This document shows positions 8,443 to 18,359 of a stretch of 64,000 bases of DNA, piece by piece. The stretch lies in IMG/VR virus record IMGVR_UViG_3300042889_001272, positions 1-64,000 of that record. One strand, 5' to 3'. Every line of letters begins with the position of its first letter. Position 1 is the stretch's first letter. A program made the translations under genes and the position numbers. The notes beneath the pieces are model-generated. The model was not told the origin of the DNA. It saw nothing but the letters and a program-made list of their open reading frames with translations, and did not search any database.

Positions 8443-8739
8443 TTATTCGCCTAATAATTCAACGGTGTTTGTGATACCATTTGATTCATTGTGTCTTATT
8501 CGAGCTACGCTATTAGCGTTTGTCGAGCTCAGTCCTTTAATTTCAAGATAAGCAGCTTCGTCTCGAAATACATAGTTTCTAATAATAGAGTTGGCATTGA
8601 GTTTAGTTTTACTAACGCTCAATAAACCCGGCAAACTTTTAAACCAAGACGCCCATGCGGCATGACCCGCAGGATTTGCATCGCTAAACCATGCCGCATT
8701 GGCTGGCTTTACTGTTGTTACTCTTACTTTATATGACAT
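8443..8739 (-). CDS. Small hypothetical protein (98 aa)
   Basis: Strong SD aaggaga, Ala/Asn/Ser-rich, followed by the palindrome. Confidence 0.75.
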   Translation of the reverse strand: MSYKVRVTTVKPANAAWFSDANPAGHAAWASWFKSLPGLLSVSKTKLNANSIIRNYVFRDEAAYLEIKGLSSTNANSVARIRHNESNGITNTVELLGE

Positions 8740-8761
8740 AAATGTCTCCTTTGATATATTA

Positions 8762-9418
8762 TTATTTATCTAAGTACGTTCTATTTAGCATAGTATGATT
8801 GTGATCCGTAGGTCCCCAGTCGCCGTCTGGGTGAAAGGCAATAACGGTCATACTACTATCAGTAGTACAGAAACGATGTCTTTCTTGTTCAGTTAAACAA
8901 AAGCTAATGCCAGTAACAAGCTCGTCTTCCTTTAAGTTGCCACTATCGCCGTGATGACTAATACCTTTACCGTCTATGACACAGCCTAATCGGATGCTGG
9001 GATGAGTGTGATAAGACTGTGTGATGCCCGGCGGAAAGAACAATAGATTCAAACTAGCGTCTCCCAGCCTAGCAGGATATACCAGTAAACTATCACTACA
9101 ACCGTCAATATAAGTTAATCTGCCCTTGGATTCTACCCAGCCCATAGTATCTGGTACGATGTATCCTAGTCTAACGATTACAAATAGTTTGTCAACGACG
9201 TCGACACTAACAGAGTCTCTTACGCCTAATCCGAAATATTGCCCTTTTTCCAGTGTATGTTTTTTGCCATCAATTGTGATTGTGGCTGTGCCGTAGCTGT
9301 AACCATACACTGAGCAGAATTTACAGAAATCTGGGAACGTGAATTGCTGATTTTCAAACATGTAGCCAGCTGATGGGTACATACTATTGTACAATTCTAA
9401 TTTTTTTCCATCTATCAT
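8762..9418 (-). CDS. Cupin-domain protein
   Basis: HTHPSIRLG...G.G and ERHRF cupin motifs. Confidence 0.7.
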   Translation of the reverse strand: MIDGKKLELYNSMYPSAGYMFENQQFTFPDFCKFCSVYGYSYGTATITIDGKKHTLEKGQYFGLGVRDSVSVDVVDKLFVIVRLGYIVPDTMGWVESKGRLTYIDGCSDSLLVYPARLGDASLNLLFFPPGITQSYHTHPSIRLGCVIDGKGISHHGDSGNLKEDELVTGISFCLTEQERHRFCTTDSSMTVIAFHPDGDWGPTDHNHTMLNRTYLDK

Positions 9419-9438
9419 TGTTGTATAAGCCTTTTTTG

Positions 9439-10350
9439 TTAAACAATATTTAGTTCTAAAAACCTTTTTGTAACACCGGTCTGTGATTTAAGGTGTGCTA
9501 TTAATTCTTTCCACGGAATAAAACACTGACGTTCTTTACGTACAGTACGAACTTCTTTGTACAGCCAATCAATGTTTTCATAGCCACTGAACTTTGGGAA
9601 ATATACCAGATCTTCTCTCCAGTGTTTGGCATACAGCATAGGTTTGATATAATATTCATAGCGCAATACATCATTAATTTTCATGTTATATAACTTAAAT
9701 CCGTTGCCATCGTAATAAACCCAACTGTCTAAAAAGTAATGAAACAAGTCATCATCGATACTGCTGAGGAAATATTCACTGCTATCTCCGAACATGACAA
9801 TCTTACCAGTACGCTCTATTGCATTAAGCGCACGATATCTAGCAATCTCCGGATCATAATAACTTTGATACACATAGTGATTGCCATCTTTTTTATTGGT
9901 TATTAACCACGGATCGTGTAGCACTTGTATTATATCATAGTCCTTGGGTAATTCACTGACAAATATGTGTTGAATGCAATGATTGGCATGTGCATCTAGT
10001 TCGGGCTTCAATGCTTCTATTTCATCTCTGCGAGTGTTGGGATTTATGTTTACAACATTGGCAGTAAATCCCCACTTCTTTTCCAGCATCTTTAAGTTTT
10101 CGTATTCATTTTCGTTGAAGCCATCTAATCTAAGAAAGCTACATTCAAGTGGAATACCCTGCTTTAGAAAACTTACCAGTGCTATTTGACTGTCTAAACC
10201 AGAACTTAGACACAGCATTATTTTGCCGGGATTGTTCAGATAAATGTCACGAGCACGTCTGTCTGATTCTTCTTTTAAATTACCAGCGGGTCTAGTACAG
10301 CTGGTGTGTTCTACGTAGAACTTATTATTCTCATCAAAACCCCAATGCAT
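9439..10350 (-). CDS. N-type ATP pyrophosphatase (Asn-synthetase-like) protein
   Basis: MLCLSSGLDS PP-loop; C-terminal PKFSGYE. Confidence 0.6.
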   Translation of the reverse strand: MHWGFDENNKFYVEHTSCTRPAGNLKEESDRRARDIYLNNPGKIMLCLSSGLDSQIALVSFLKQGIPLECSFLRLDGFNENEYENLKMLEKKWGFTANVVNINPNTRRDEIEALKPELDAHANHCIQHIFVSELPKDYDIIQVLHDPWLITNKKDGNHYVYQSYYDPEIARYRALNAIERTGKIVMFGDSSEYFLSSIDDDLFHYFLDSWVYYDGNGFKLYNMKINDVLRYEYYIKPMLYAKHWREDLVYFPKFSGYENIDWLYKEVRTVRKERQCFIPWKELIAHLKSQTGVTKRFLELNIV

Positions 10351-10352
10351 TG

Positions 10353-11375
10353 TTATCCTTGTATTGGTTGTTTAGTAAATCTGTAAACACCGTTGTCTTC
10401 GTAGATAAAGTCAAATGTATCTTTATAACGTAGCAATGCTGGCAAGCTAGGGTGCTTGGTTTTGTATTTAAAATATTGCAAGTCACCATCTACTTGATAG
10501 ATAAACTTCTTCATGATACCTTTATATTCGCCCCAGCTGGTTCCTTTGAAGTAATGACCTTCTTGTAGACTCCATTGTTGGAATGTATCTGTATTAAAGA
10601 AATGCTTTAAGTTTTTAATTAGTTGATTGCCCACTGCTTCGTTGTTGGCATGGCTTACTATGCGAAAGTTAACTGCCTGCCACTTTAAGTTAAAGTTCAA
10701 GTACCACAGCAAATCATGACAAGTAACCAATTCAACTGGGCTGGTTGAAATTTGTTGTTCTATAAATTCATATAGTTTTGGTTTTTCTTCTGTGGTTAAA
10801 TTTCTAGCCATCCAATCAACTGCCATTTGCAATGGCTTGTGAACAGTGCTAAAGTCATTGAAATAATCTACACAACTTTTCATAGTTAAACTGCCCACCA
10901 AGTTATCTGCCATTTCGCCTGTGATGATAACCTGATCCGGCTTGGGATCAGCAATAATCTTATCAGCTTGTACTACGCATGATATGAATCTATTTTTAAT
11001 AAATTTATTATAAAAGTTTGGATTTTCGCGGATACTGTCCATGTTCAATCCAATGGTCAATCTATTTTGTTTGTATAGTTCGTCGGCAATGCCAAGGTCA
11101 ACCATTAATGCAAAAATAAATGTACTGTCGATGCCGCCACTCCATAACACATTAACATGCATATTATGATCTGTTAATTCTTTAATTCTAGCAATGCTGG
11201 TTGCCATGAAGTCCGGACACGGTGTATCAACACTGGGCATGGGAAACATATTAACGTAATCGAAATTAGGCCAACGATTTGCGGTTCTGTCCAACACACT
11301 GATAAGTGGGTTGATTGTTTTATGAAAGACTTGTTTTTCTTTCAATGCTATGGGATGATAATAAACTAGATTCAT
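10353..11375 (-). CDS. Asparagine-synthetase-like ATP pyrophosphatase
   Basis: VLWSGGIDST, IITGEMADNLVG, HFF...FQQWS, YK...K..I. Confidence 0.75.
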   Translation of the reverse strand: MNLVYYHPIALKEKQVFHKTINPLISVLDRTANRWPNFDYVNMFPMPSVDTPCPDFMATSIARIKELTDHNMHVNVLWSGGIDSTFIFALMVDLGIADELYKQNRLTIGLNMDSIRENPNFYNKFIKNRFISCVVQADKIIADPKPDQVIITGEMADNLVGSLTMKSCVDYFNDFSTVHKPLQMAVDWMARNLTTEEKPKLYEFIEQQISTSPVELVTCHDLLWYLNFNLKWQAVNFRIVSHANNEAVGNQLIKNLKHFFNTDTFQQWSLQEGHYFKGTSWGEYKGIMKKFIYQVDGDLQYFKYKTKHPSLPALLRYKDTFDFIYEDNGVYRFTKQPIQG

Positions 11376-11914
11376 AATAAAATATTTGTAAAGAACAAGC
11401 GTAACATGAGTTCACGAGCATTGACGAAATCATCTGCATTTTTTGCATCGAGTATTGCGGATATAACCTGCGTTTTAATGTTATTTAAATTTTGCATTAA
11501 CTGCATTTTATTCTCGTATTGAATGCCTGCATCAATGGGTGCAGTTCCTGTAATAACACCCTGTGAAACTAGGTATTCATGTAATTCAATAATTGTAAAA
11601 TTAGAATTGCTTATTCCTAGATTCTCCATGCTGGCTTCTAATCTATAATATAACTCTGCAAAGAATTTTAATCTATGCCCTATAATTATAGATTCCCGGT
11701 TGACCTCGGCTGGACTTGTTGCATTAGTATTAACAGTGACACTGGTCCAACTATTTGTTTTTAACTGCATAGGGCAGGATATTGGCGTGTCTATGGTAAA
11801 TGTTCTAAGAGTATACCAAGGACGGTCTTGAATCGCCCAGTGCATTACTTCTTTAATCGAATGCTCGCCTATTACCCAATTATTACTGTCAAGTATTACT
11901 GTTCGCCATTGCAT
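11372..11914 (-). CDS. Hypothetical protein
   Basis: 180-aa ORF coupled to its neighbours within the operon. Confidence 0.65.
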   Translation of the reverse strand: MQWRTVILDSNNWVIGEHSIKEVMHWAIQDRPWYTLRTFTIDTPISCPMQLKTNSWTSVTVNTNATSPAEVNRESIIIGHRLKFFAELYYRLEASMENLGISNSNFTIIELHEYLVSQGVITGTAPIDAGIQYENKMQLMQNLNNIKTQVISAILDAKNADDFVNARELMLRLFFTNILL

Positions 11915-12734
11915 CTTTTCTTGCCTTAAATATTTTTTCTTTGCTGGCCCTAGTTGCTATTAATGGAACAAATAATAAACTAGGATCAAATTCATCTTTG
12001 CGTCCACTGACACTAGTGCCGAAATCATAGGAACTTGCTTTGGCATGATGGTTATTATGCCATGCTTGCCCCCATACAATTTTAGCCATAATCGATCTAT
12101 TGTTGCTGTCATCCTTGGTTTCGAAGTTTCTATACCCCTGTCCTTTTAAATGACATAACACATTTACTGCTGATTCTTGGTGCAGACTATACACTGCTGG
12201 AATTATAAACATAAACAATAATATTTGCCAATCTATTAGTCCGATGATTGCATAACTAATAAAGATAATTTTAATGTAGTTGTGGGCAAAAAACAAATGC
12301 ATGGGATCTTTGAGTAAATCAATGGCATACTTGGGATTAAAATAATTCCCCCAATCATGCAACCAAAAGTGATAAGCATACAATTTTCCTTTGTTGGGCG
12401 TGTGTGCGTCTTTTTCAGTGTCACTGAATCTATGATGACTGCCTCTATGAATTGCGGCCCAACCCAATGGACTTCCTTGCAAGCACAAACTTGCTGTCCA
12501 CAATGCAATGGGTTTGATTCCTGGTCGCAATTCCAAGGCACGATGGCTGACAATACGATGCAATGTCACAGCACTTCCGAACCCAGCAAGTAGAATCCAG
12601 CCCGCAAATAATAATAGTATTTGTTTTAATCCAAAATCAAAGTAAAAAGGAAATACAAATACGCCCAGCAATGCAACAATATGTGCAGGGTAAAGGACGT
12701 AGTAAAGGAAATTGTTAATTTTTGGTGTATTCAT
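11889..12734 (-). CDS. Membrane fatty-acid desaturase (delta-9-like)
   Basis: His boxes HRIVSH, HRGSHH, WHNNHH; transmembrane segments. Confidence 0.9.
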   Translation of the reverse strand: MNTPKINNFLYYVLYPAHIVALLGVFVFPFYFDFGLKQILLLFAGWILLAGFGSAVTLHRIVSHRALELRPGIKPIALWTASLCLQGSPLGWAAIHRGSHHRFSDTEKDAHTPNKGKLYAYHFWLHDWGNYFNPKYAIDLLKDPMHLFFAHNYIKIIFISYAIIGLIDWQILLFMFIIPAVYSLHQESAVNVLCHLKGQGYRNFETKDDSNNRSIMAKIVWGQAWHNNHHAKASSYDFGTSVSGRKDEFDPSLLFVPLIATRASKEKIFKARKDAMANSNT

Positions 12735-12735
12735 A

Positions 12736-13350
12736 TTAAAGGAAATCTATGTCTCGCTCATCAAACTCAACTGAGCCCTCTGATGTACACAAACTCTTCG
12801 ACATGTACATACTGATATTTATATCGTAAGGAAACAATTTTCCGCCACTAAACTGTAAGTGATCCAACCATTTTGGCATTGTATTTGCTGCCACTCTGGC
12901 ATAAACATAGTGATGATATTTTTCTCTGGCACCAGTGAAAAGTTTTTGCCATGCATCAAACTTTTCTAATTTGCTGACAACAAACCATTGATAAAATCCA
13001 CTTTTTTCCTGATAATCAATAGCAAATTTTAAAAGTTCTTTTATAACCCTGATGCTATTGCCACCGCGATGTGCAGTCACAATAAAACTAAAAATCCAAG
13101 AAGGACTGTTGTCTAAACAACGTAGTCCTATAATAGCAATTAATTTTGAATCTTCATCAAAATATCCAAATGCTCTCATTTTATCAGAACCATAGACATT
13201 CTGCGGTAGCACAAAATATTTAAACACCTTTGAGTTTGTATTGTCTTCGAAAATGCCAGAAGCAGTATTAGTCATAGCAAACTTTTCTTCTGCCATGGCT
13301 TCAATCATACTCAAGTCTTCTTGTAATAATCTTCTTATATATATTGACAC
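12736..13350 (-). CDS. Putative GNAT-fold acyltransferase
   Basis: Beta-hairpin (AFGYFD...LIAIIGL), then HRGG..IRVIKELLKFAI, which resembles motif A. Confidence 0.45.
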   Translation of the reverse strand: MSIYIRRLLQEDLSMIEAMAEEKFAMTNTASGIFEDNTNSKVFKYFVLPQNVYGSDKMRAFGYFDEDSKLIAIIGLRCLDNSPSWIFSFIVTAHRGGNSIRVIKELLKFAIDYQEKSGFYQWFVVSKLEKFDAWQKLFTGAREKYHHYVYARVAANTMPKWLDHLQFSGGKLFPYDINISMYMSKSLCTSEGSVEFDERDIDFL

Positions 13351-14258
13351 ACTGTTCCTTGATTTGTTAAAATATCTATCATATCATTGTAAGAAATATA
13401 AGCATTTCTTGGTTTGAATTGTAATGTTTGTTGTATCAATTCTGAATTCTTTTGATTTAAACCAGGTATATGATCACCGCTGACTGTTTTAACAAACTTG
13501 AAAGTATTTCCATCAAATAAGTTTGTAAAACCTCCTTGATAATAAATTAAATTCTTTAAACTGTTTAAAGAAATTTTTCCGCTGGTTTGTTTTTTCACTA
13601 ATTCCCGTATTACGGGAAGAGTTAAAAAACTATATATTAATTCTGGACTGTATGAGAAGAAATTGTTAATAACTTTATTCTCATTAAAACTATTAAACCG
13701 CTCAGGCCAAAAATCAAAATCTTCATTGCGAATATAGCTCCAAGATAAGTCTGGATTCACATCTCTTCGAAGATTTACTTTATCAACTAATAACACATCC
13801 TCATGTAGTTGCTCCATATAATATGCATGTAAAGTTTGAACAAAACTGTACGTTTGATATTTTTTTGCAGTATCTATCATGTGCTCGTTTACAAACGTTT
13901 CAAAATTCACGTCGACTAATTTAGGTATAATATTATATTTTTTACACTGTTTTACTGCAATCTCGGTGTCATGGGAATTTAATCTAATGGGAAATTTTAA
14001 AATATATACATTTGGAGTAATGCCGGCTTCAATAAACGAGCGTAAACAAATTTGACTTTCCCATCCGCCCGACAATGCAATGTATATGTTGGGATATTTT
14101 AAATGTATTTCTTTGGCAGCAATTATACATTCTTCTTTCAAAGTCAATTCCTGTCTAGTTTTCGAGCTAATCTTAAGGTTGAGAATCTCAAGAGCTGTTG
14201 TCCTAAATTTATTACCAACATCATCGCCATACCAATAGTCTAAATTTTTCATTATCAT
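13335..14258 (-). CDS. N-type ATP-pyrophosphatase-like protein with variant PP-loop
   Basis: IALSGGWESQ (D replaced by E); similar layout to 9439-10350. Confidence 0.55.
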   Translation of the reverse strand: MIMKNLDYWYGDDVGNKFRTTALEILNLKISSKTRQELTLKEECIIAAKEIHLKYPNIYIALSGGWESQICLRSFIEAGITPNVYILKFPIRLNSHDTEIAVKQCKKYNIIPKLVDVNFETFVNEHMIDTAKKYQTYSFVQTLHAYYMEQLHEDVLLVDKVNLRRDVNPDLSWSYIRNEDFDFWPERFNSFNENKVINNFFSYSPELIYSFLTLPVIRELVKKQTSGKISLNSLKNLIYYQGGFTNLFDGNTFKFVKTVSGDHIPGLNQKNSELIQQTLQFKPRNAYISYNDMIDILTNQGTVCQYI

Positions 14259-14263
14259 TGTAT

Positions 14264-14863
14264 TTAATTTATAATTCCACTTTGATTTACAATTACACGG
14301 TTTGTCATATTTCTAATCCATGTTTCGTTGCCTAGATTGGTTAAATGATGTACAGCAACATATTGGATACAGCCTTCTTGCTCGTCATATGTATGCCCAC
14401 AGACATTATATCTATTTGGTTTTATATTAAAGTCTAAATCACAATTAATTTTAATTAAATCGATGTATTGTTTAAATCCGATTAAGTTATATTCTCTGCT
14501 TATGAAGACAGCATCGAGACCGACTTCCTTGGCCTTGTTTATCTGCACAGGTAAACAATATGTGGAGTTTAAAAACTTTGCACCGCCAGTAAACTTACCA
14601 ATGCCTTTTATTCTATAATCAGGATGTATCCACATTCTACTGCTAAATCGTGCAATTCCTTGGCCCCAGCGACGCTCATTATAATGCAGGCCACTGAAGC
14701 AAATTATTTTGTTATTCTCAACTACCGCCGGGAAACTCAAAAATTCATTAAATTTAATATTAGTATAATTACTCTTAAGTCGATCATCGGTGCCACTGAT
14801 ATAATCAATGGTATCTTTCCATAGTTGATCTTGTGGAGCAACAACTAAATCAATGACTTGCAA
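14264..14863 (-). CDS. Putative GNAT acetyltransferase
   Basis: IICFSG...IARFSSRMWIHPDYR...KAKEVGLDAVFIS. Confidence 0.55.
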   Translation of the reverse strand: MQVIDLVVAPQDQLWKDTIDYISGTDDRLKSNYTNIKFNEFLSFPAVVENNKIICFSGLHYNERRWGQGIARFSSRMWIHPDYRIKGIGKFTGGAKFLNSTYCLPVQINKAKEVGLDAVFISREYNLIGFKQYIDLIKINCDLDFNIKPNRYNVCGHTYDEQEGCIQYVAVHHLTNLGNETWIRNMTNRVIVNQSGIIN

Positions 14864-14864
14864 T

Positions 14865-15761
14865 TTATTTCTGCCAGGAGTTGAAAATATTCATACGATA
14901 AAACTCTCTAGATTTAGTATGAAGTTCACTGTGCAATGCTGTTCTAGAATGAATCATATGCACATTATTCCAAATAGCAAAGTCTTGTTCATCCCATGTT
15001 AAATCGTAGATGTTTTCATCTTGAATTGTTTTTTCATGAAGCAAACTCACATAGTCAGCAGTACATGGAACTTCATCACGTTTGGCGCCAAATATCCAAC
15101 CATGCACAGTCCAACCATGCCAATGATGACTGTATTTTTTACCGCTGTTACTGAAGCTGGTGAACTGCAAATACTTTTCACCGTTGTATGGACTAACAGC
15201 AACTACAGGAAGATAAGTCAAGTGTGTGCCCGGTTCGTACCAACTTTGATACAACAGTTTCCAGTGTTCTGCTTCTGCTTGTTCTTCATCAGTCATATTT
15301 CTATAACCCCAGGCACGGTCAGCAAAACTAGTTTTGCCATAACGATTGTCTGGAATACTCACAGCATAAAAACTGCGTAATGGTGCTTGGTGACTTGGCC
15401 ACAACGGAATATCAACATGCCAGCTCATATCAGCATCACCAATGGCCTTTGCAGTACTGCCTACATTGCTGTAATGAGCATAGACTCTTCCACTGGCATC
15501 ATCTATAGGAAAACATTTTTCTTTTCCTACTTCGTAGTCTTCTCTAGTCCAGCCGCCTTGGCCAAAGCGTGTGCTAAAGTCCCAAAACTGTACATTATTA
15601 ATATTTTTCATACCTTTAATGACTAGTAATTTGTCTTGATATACCCATGCATCTAATTGTTCTTTGGGTATAGACATGGCTTCTTCATAACTGTCTACAT
15701 GAACAATTATGCCATAGTGCAGGGCTGTGCCGGCGCGAGATGTTAATTTTTCAGTACGCAT
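14865..15761 (-). CDS. TauD/TfdA-family Fe(II)/2OG dioxygenase
   Basis: LLVIKG, WHVD, GKTSFAD, W...DFAIWNN...HSR...R. Confidence 0.85.
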   Translation of the reverse strand: MRTEKLTSRAGTALHYGIIVHVDSYEEAMSIPKEQLDAWVYQDKLLVIKGMKNINNVQFWDFSTRFGQGGWTREDYEVGKEKCFPIDDASGRVYAHYSNVGSTAKAIGDADMSWHVDIPLWPSHQAPLRSFYAVSIPDNRYGKTSFADRAWGYRNMTDEEQAEAEHWKLLYQSWYEPGTHLTYLPVVAVSPYNGEKYLQFTSFSNSGKKYSHHWHGWTVHGWIFGAKRDEVPCTADYVSLLHEKTIQDENIYDLTWDEQDFAIWNNVHMIHSRTALHSELHTKSREFYRMNIFNSWQK

Positions 15762-16359
15762 TTTTCTCTGATAACTTATTTAGGTAATCTGGAGCAAGAC
15801 TTGGATCGGCATATTCGTCTTTGCGTCTAACAAAAGGACTGTGCAAATCGTGGGGCATTAGGTAATTCTTTAAATCAAAGTCTAAAAATGTAAATGCGGC
15901 ACAGACAAAATCAGCACTGGAAAAGTATCTATTTCCTATTCTGTTGTTGATTCTATATATATTCCCAGGAGTAAGAATGCTAGTAGTGTTAAAATCGTTG
16001 GTTGCAATTTTAACTTGCCCTTTTAATGGAATCAAAAATAATTCACCGATTCTGTTTAAATATCTCGAATGCTGTGAACTATCTCCCATTAATGACTCTG
16101 GAGGCTGGCACAGCATGGTTTCATAAATTACCATATTTTTTAACAATGCATATTGTTGACTATAGATATAAGATCCAATGGCAGTGACATGTCTAATTAA
16201 ATTTACTGGCATCTTGGTAACAATTTGTATTTTATTATCTTTACCAATAATTGCCCTTTTATCGATCTCAGTACTGATCTGCGATTCGTGTTCTAAGATG
16301 TTATCTATAAAATATCTTGGAATAGTGTCTATGGTTTGTGTAAGGTCATTAAAGTACAT
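15751..16359 (-). CDS. Degenerate AspH-like DSBH protein
   Basis: Shares IPL...GNIYRINN with its neighbours but lacks the HxD/H metal triad. Confidence 0.5.
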   Translation of the reverse strand: MYFNDLTQTIDTIPRYFIDNILEHESQISTEIDKRAIIGKDNKIQIVTKMPVNLIRHVTAIGSYIYSQQYALLKNMVIYETMLCQPPESLMGDSSQHSRYLNRIGELFLIPLKGQVKIATNDFNTTSILTPGNIYRINNRIGNRYFSSADFVCAAFTFLDFDLKNYLMPHDLHSPFVRRKDEYADPSLAPDYLNKLSEKNAY

Positions 16360-16930
16360 ATTTTTCTCCTACGGCGTCTGCTAGTATCACAGACACAATA
16401 TCTTGATGTGATTTAAATTTATTATACAATCTTTTTGGCATCATATCAAAGTATATTGCTCGTCTATTATTAATATTATTATTTTTTAATCCATGTGTTA
16501 TGCTGGTGTTTAATCTATAAACATTGCCGTATTCTAATAGATAATTAACTTTCATATTAGATGTGGCCCAATGCCAATTTAAAACGTCAGGAACATCGTT
16601 GACTAATACTATCACTCTTTTTGCCATACGATGAAACATCATGCGGTCGGTGTGATCCACAACTTCACTTTTGCCTTTGAGATAACTCACACTCCAGCCA
16701 AATAATTCATCTTCAGGAAACATAGCTGTTACTGCATTAATTATTTCTGTGCCTGCAATGTCTTCTAATTTGTAATTTTCGGGATTGTGATAGCTGTCTA
16801 AACGCAGCCATTCTCCGTGCTTGAAGTTATATGCTTGTTTCTGTTCAAATAGTTCTATGTTAGAATTAACTTGTTCTAGTAAAGTTTTATTTACTTGCCC
16901 TATTAATTGATAATACCCAGAAAAAAACAT
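16349..16930 (-). CDS. AspH/beta-hydroxylase-like dioxygenase
   Basis: DHTD...GNVYRLN...HGL...R...FD. Confidence 0.7.
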   Translation of the reverse strand: MFFSGYYQLIGQVNKTLLEQVNSNIELFEQKQAYNFKHGEWLRLDSYHNPENYKLEDIAGTEIINAVTAMFPEDELFGWSVSYLKGKSEVVDHTDRMMFHRMAKRVIVLVNDVPDVLNWHWATSNMKVNYLLEYGNVYRLNTSITHGLKNNNINNRRAIYFDMMPKRLYNKFKSHQDIVSVILADAVGEKYVL

Positions 16931-17553
16931 TATAGTTGCACCTTTAAACGTTTTTCAAATTCTTGATTAACTCCAAATATTGTAAGTGCGGCAAGCCTAT
17001 CAGGATGATGGTTGAATTTTGTTTTTAGTCTTGCATCGAATGTATCTATTAAAATGTTATATCTATCAGTATCCTCTAAATTAAGAGCACTATGTATAAC
17101 AGCGTTATTAATTCTATAAATGTTGCCAAATTTCAATGGGTATATAACTTTTTCATCATCGTAGTAGCCATAGTTATAATTCACATCACTGTGTGTCAAC
17201 GGTACCAAGTATCTATTTGTTATTCTGTGTAAGAATCTGCCATCTGTGTGTTCATCCAAGACTTGTTTGGGTTTCAACATACTCACACTAACTGAGTTCA
17301 GTGGATCAATTTTGTATGTTTGTTGAATGTATTCAATGACTGTGAGAATAGCAGAATACAATGGCATTCTGCGCGAATCTGTTGGCGCTTGCATGAAATC
17401 CAGTCGCAACCAACTGTGTTCTTTGTTTACCAAATCTCTGTCTTTATAATTATAGTCATCGTCTGTTAATGCCAGTGAAATTTGTTCATTGACTGCATTT
17501 AGTAAATTATCAGGTACTGTTCCGAGAATTTGATACGCGGCATTAAAGTTCAT
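16930..17553 (-). CDS. AspH/beta-hydroxylase-like dioxygenase
   Basis: LKP...EHTD...RYLVPL...GNIYRINN..IHSA.N...R. Confidence 0.75.
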   Translation of the reverse strand: MNFNAAYQILGTVPDNLLNAVNEQISLALTDDDYNYKDRDLVNKEHSWLRLDFMQAPTDSRRMPLYSAILTVIEYIQQTYKIDPLNSVSVSMLKPKQVLDEHTDGRFLHRITNRYLVPLTHSDVNYNYGYYDDEKVIYPLKFGNIYRINNAVIHSALNLEDTDRYNILIDTFDARLKTKFNHHPDRLAALTIFGVNQEFEKRLKVQL

Positions 17554-17558
17554 ATAAG

Positions 17559-17589
17559 TATTTATAAATGTGTGCCGTGTTTATAAATA
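17559..17589. promoter_or_regulatory. Divergent pair of TATAAATA late-like promoters
   Basis: tatttata 17559-17566 and tataaata 17582-17589, each 5 nt from an ATG. Confidence 0.65.
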
Positions 17590-17594
17590 CAAAT

Positions 17595-18359
17595 ATGAAT
17601 AAATTTTATAACATACGCGATGATTTAAAATCATGGAATATTAATCAAATTAATTTGGAATTAGAAAAAGCAATTACCGCGGCTGGCATTAATTTTAAAC
17701 ATTGGAAAAGAACAGTTGAGCTCAAAGATGTAAAAGGACAATGGACACATAAAAGTCTCCATCATAATAGTTCAGCAGTTAACCCTGCTAGAATTACCAA
17801 TGGTGATGTTAATATAACTACTAATACGTCTATGTTCACTGAGTTAGATCAGCAATTATTCGGAGGCACTGGTCGCAGAGGGCGAGTCGTAGATGGAGTG
17901 GGCGTAGAAGAACCAGCAATGACTGATGATCAACTAGCAGAATTAAATCCTATTTTTAAAGGTACTGTACTAGAAGAATTGCATGAATTTGCTAAAGAAA
18001 AATTTCAAGCACCTGTAAGAATTCGTTGTCAAAATAGAACTGTCAGCGGCACAAGTCAAGGCTTATATTGGCATAAAGATGATCCTGTGGAAAATAGGTT
18101 TCATATTCCATTGTGGACCAATCCAGGACATCTTCTATTGTTTACAGAACAAAATTTTAAATGGAAAGCAGGCTTTGATCCAATAGAAGCCATGCAGCCA
18201 TTAGATGTAGTTGGACATTATATTCCTGCTGACGGACAGGTATATGAAATATATACTAAAGATTTTATGCATGCCGTGGCCAGTGTGGGTGTGGGTTGGT
18301 ATCAGCCGAGGGAAGAACAGACTAGATGTCATTTAAGTTTCTGGGTAGGAAAAAATTAA
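17595..18359 (+). CDS. AspH-like dioxygenase
   Basis: WHKD...RFHIPLWTN...MHAV...RCH. Confidence 0.7.
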   Translation: MNKFYNIRDDLKSWNINQINLELEKAITAAGINFKHWKRTVELKDVKGQWTHKSLHHNSSAVNPARITNGDVNITTNTSMFTELDQQLFGGTGRRGRVVDGVGVEEPAMTDDQLAELNPIFKGTVLEELHEFAKEKFQAPVRIRCQNRTVSGTSQGLYWHKDDPVENRFHIPLWTNPGHLLLFTEQNFKWKAGFDPIEAMQPLDVVGHYIPADGQVYEIYTKDFMHAVASVGVGWYQPREEQTRCHLSFWVGKN

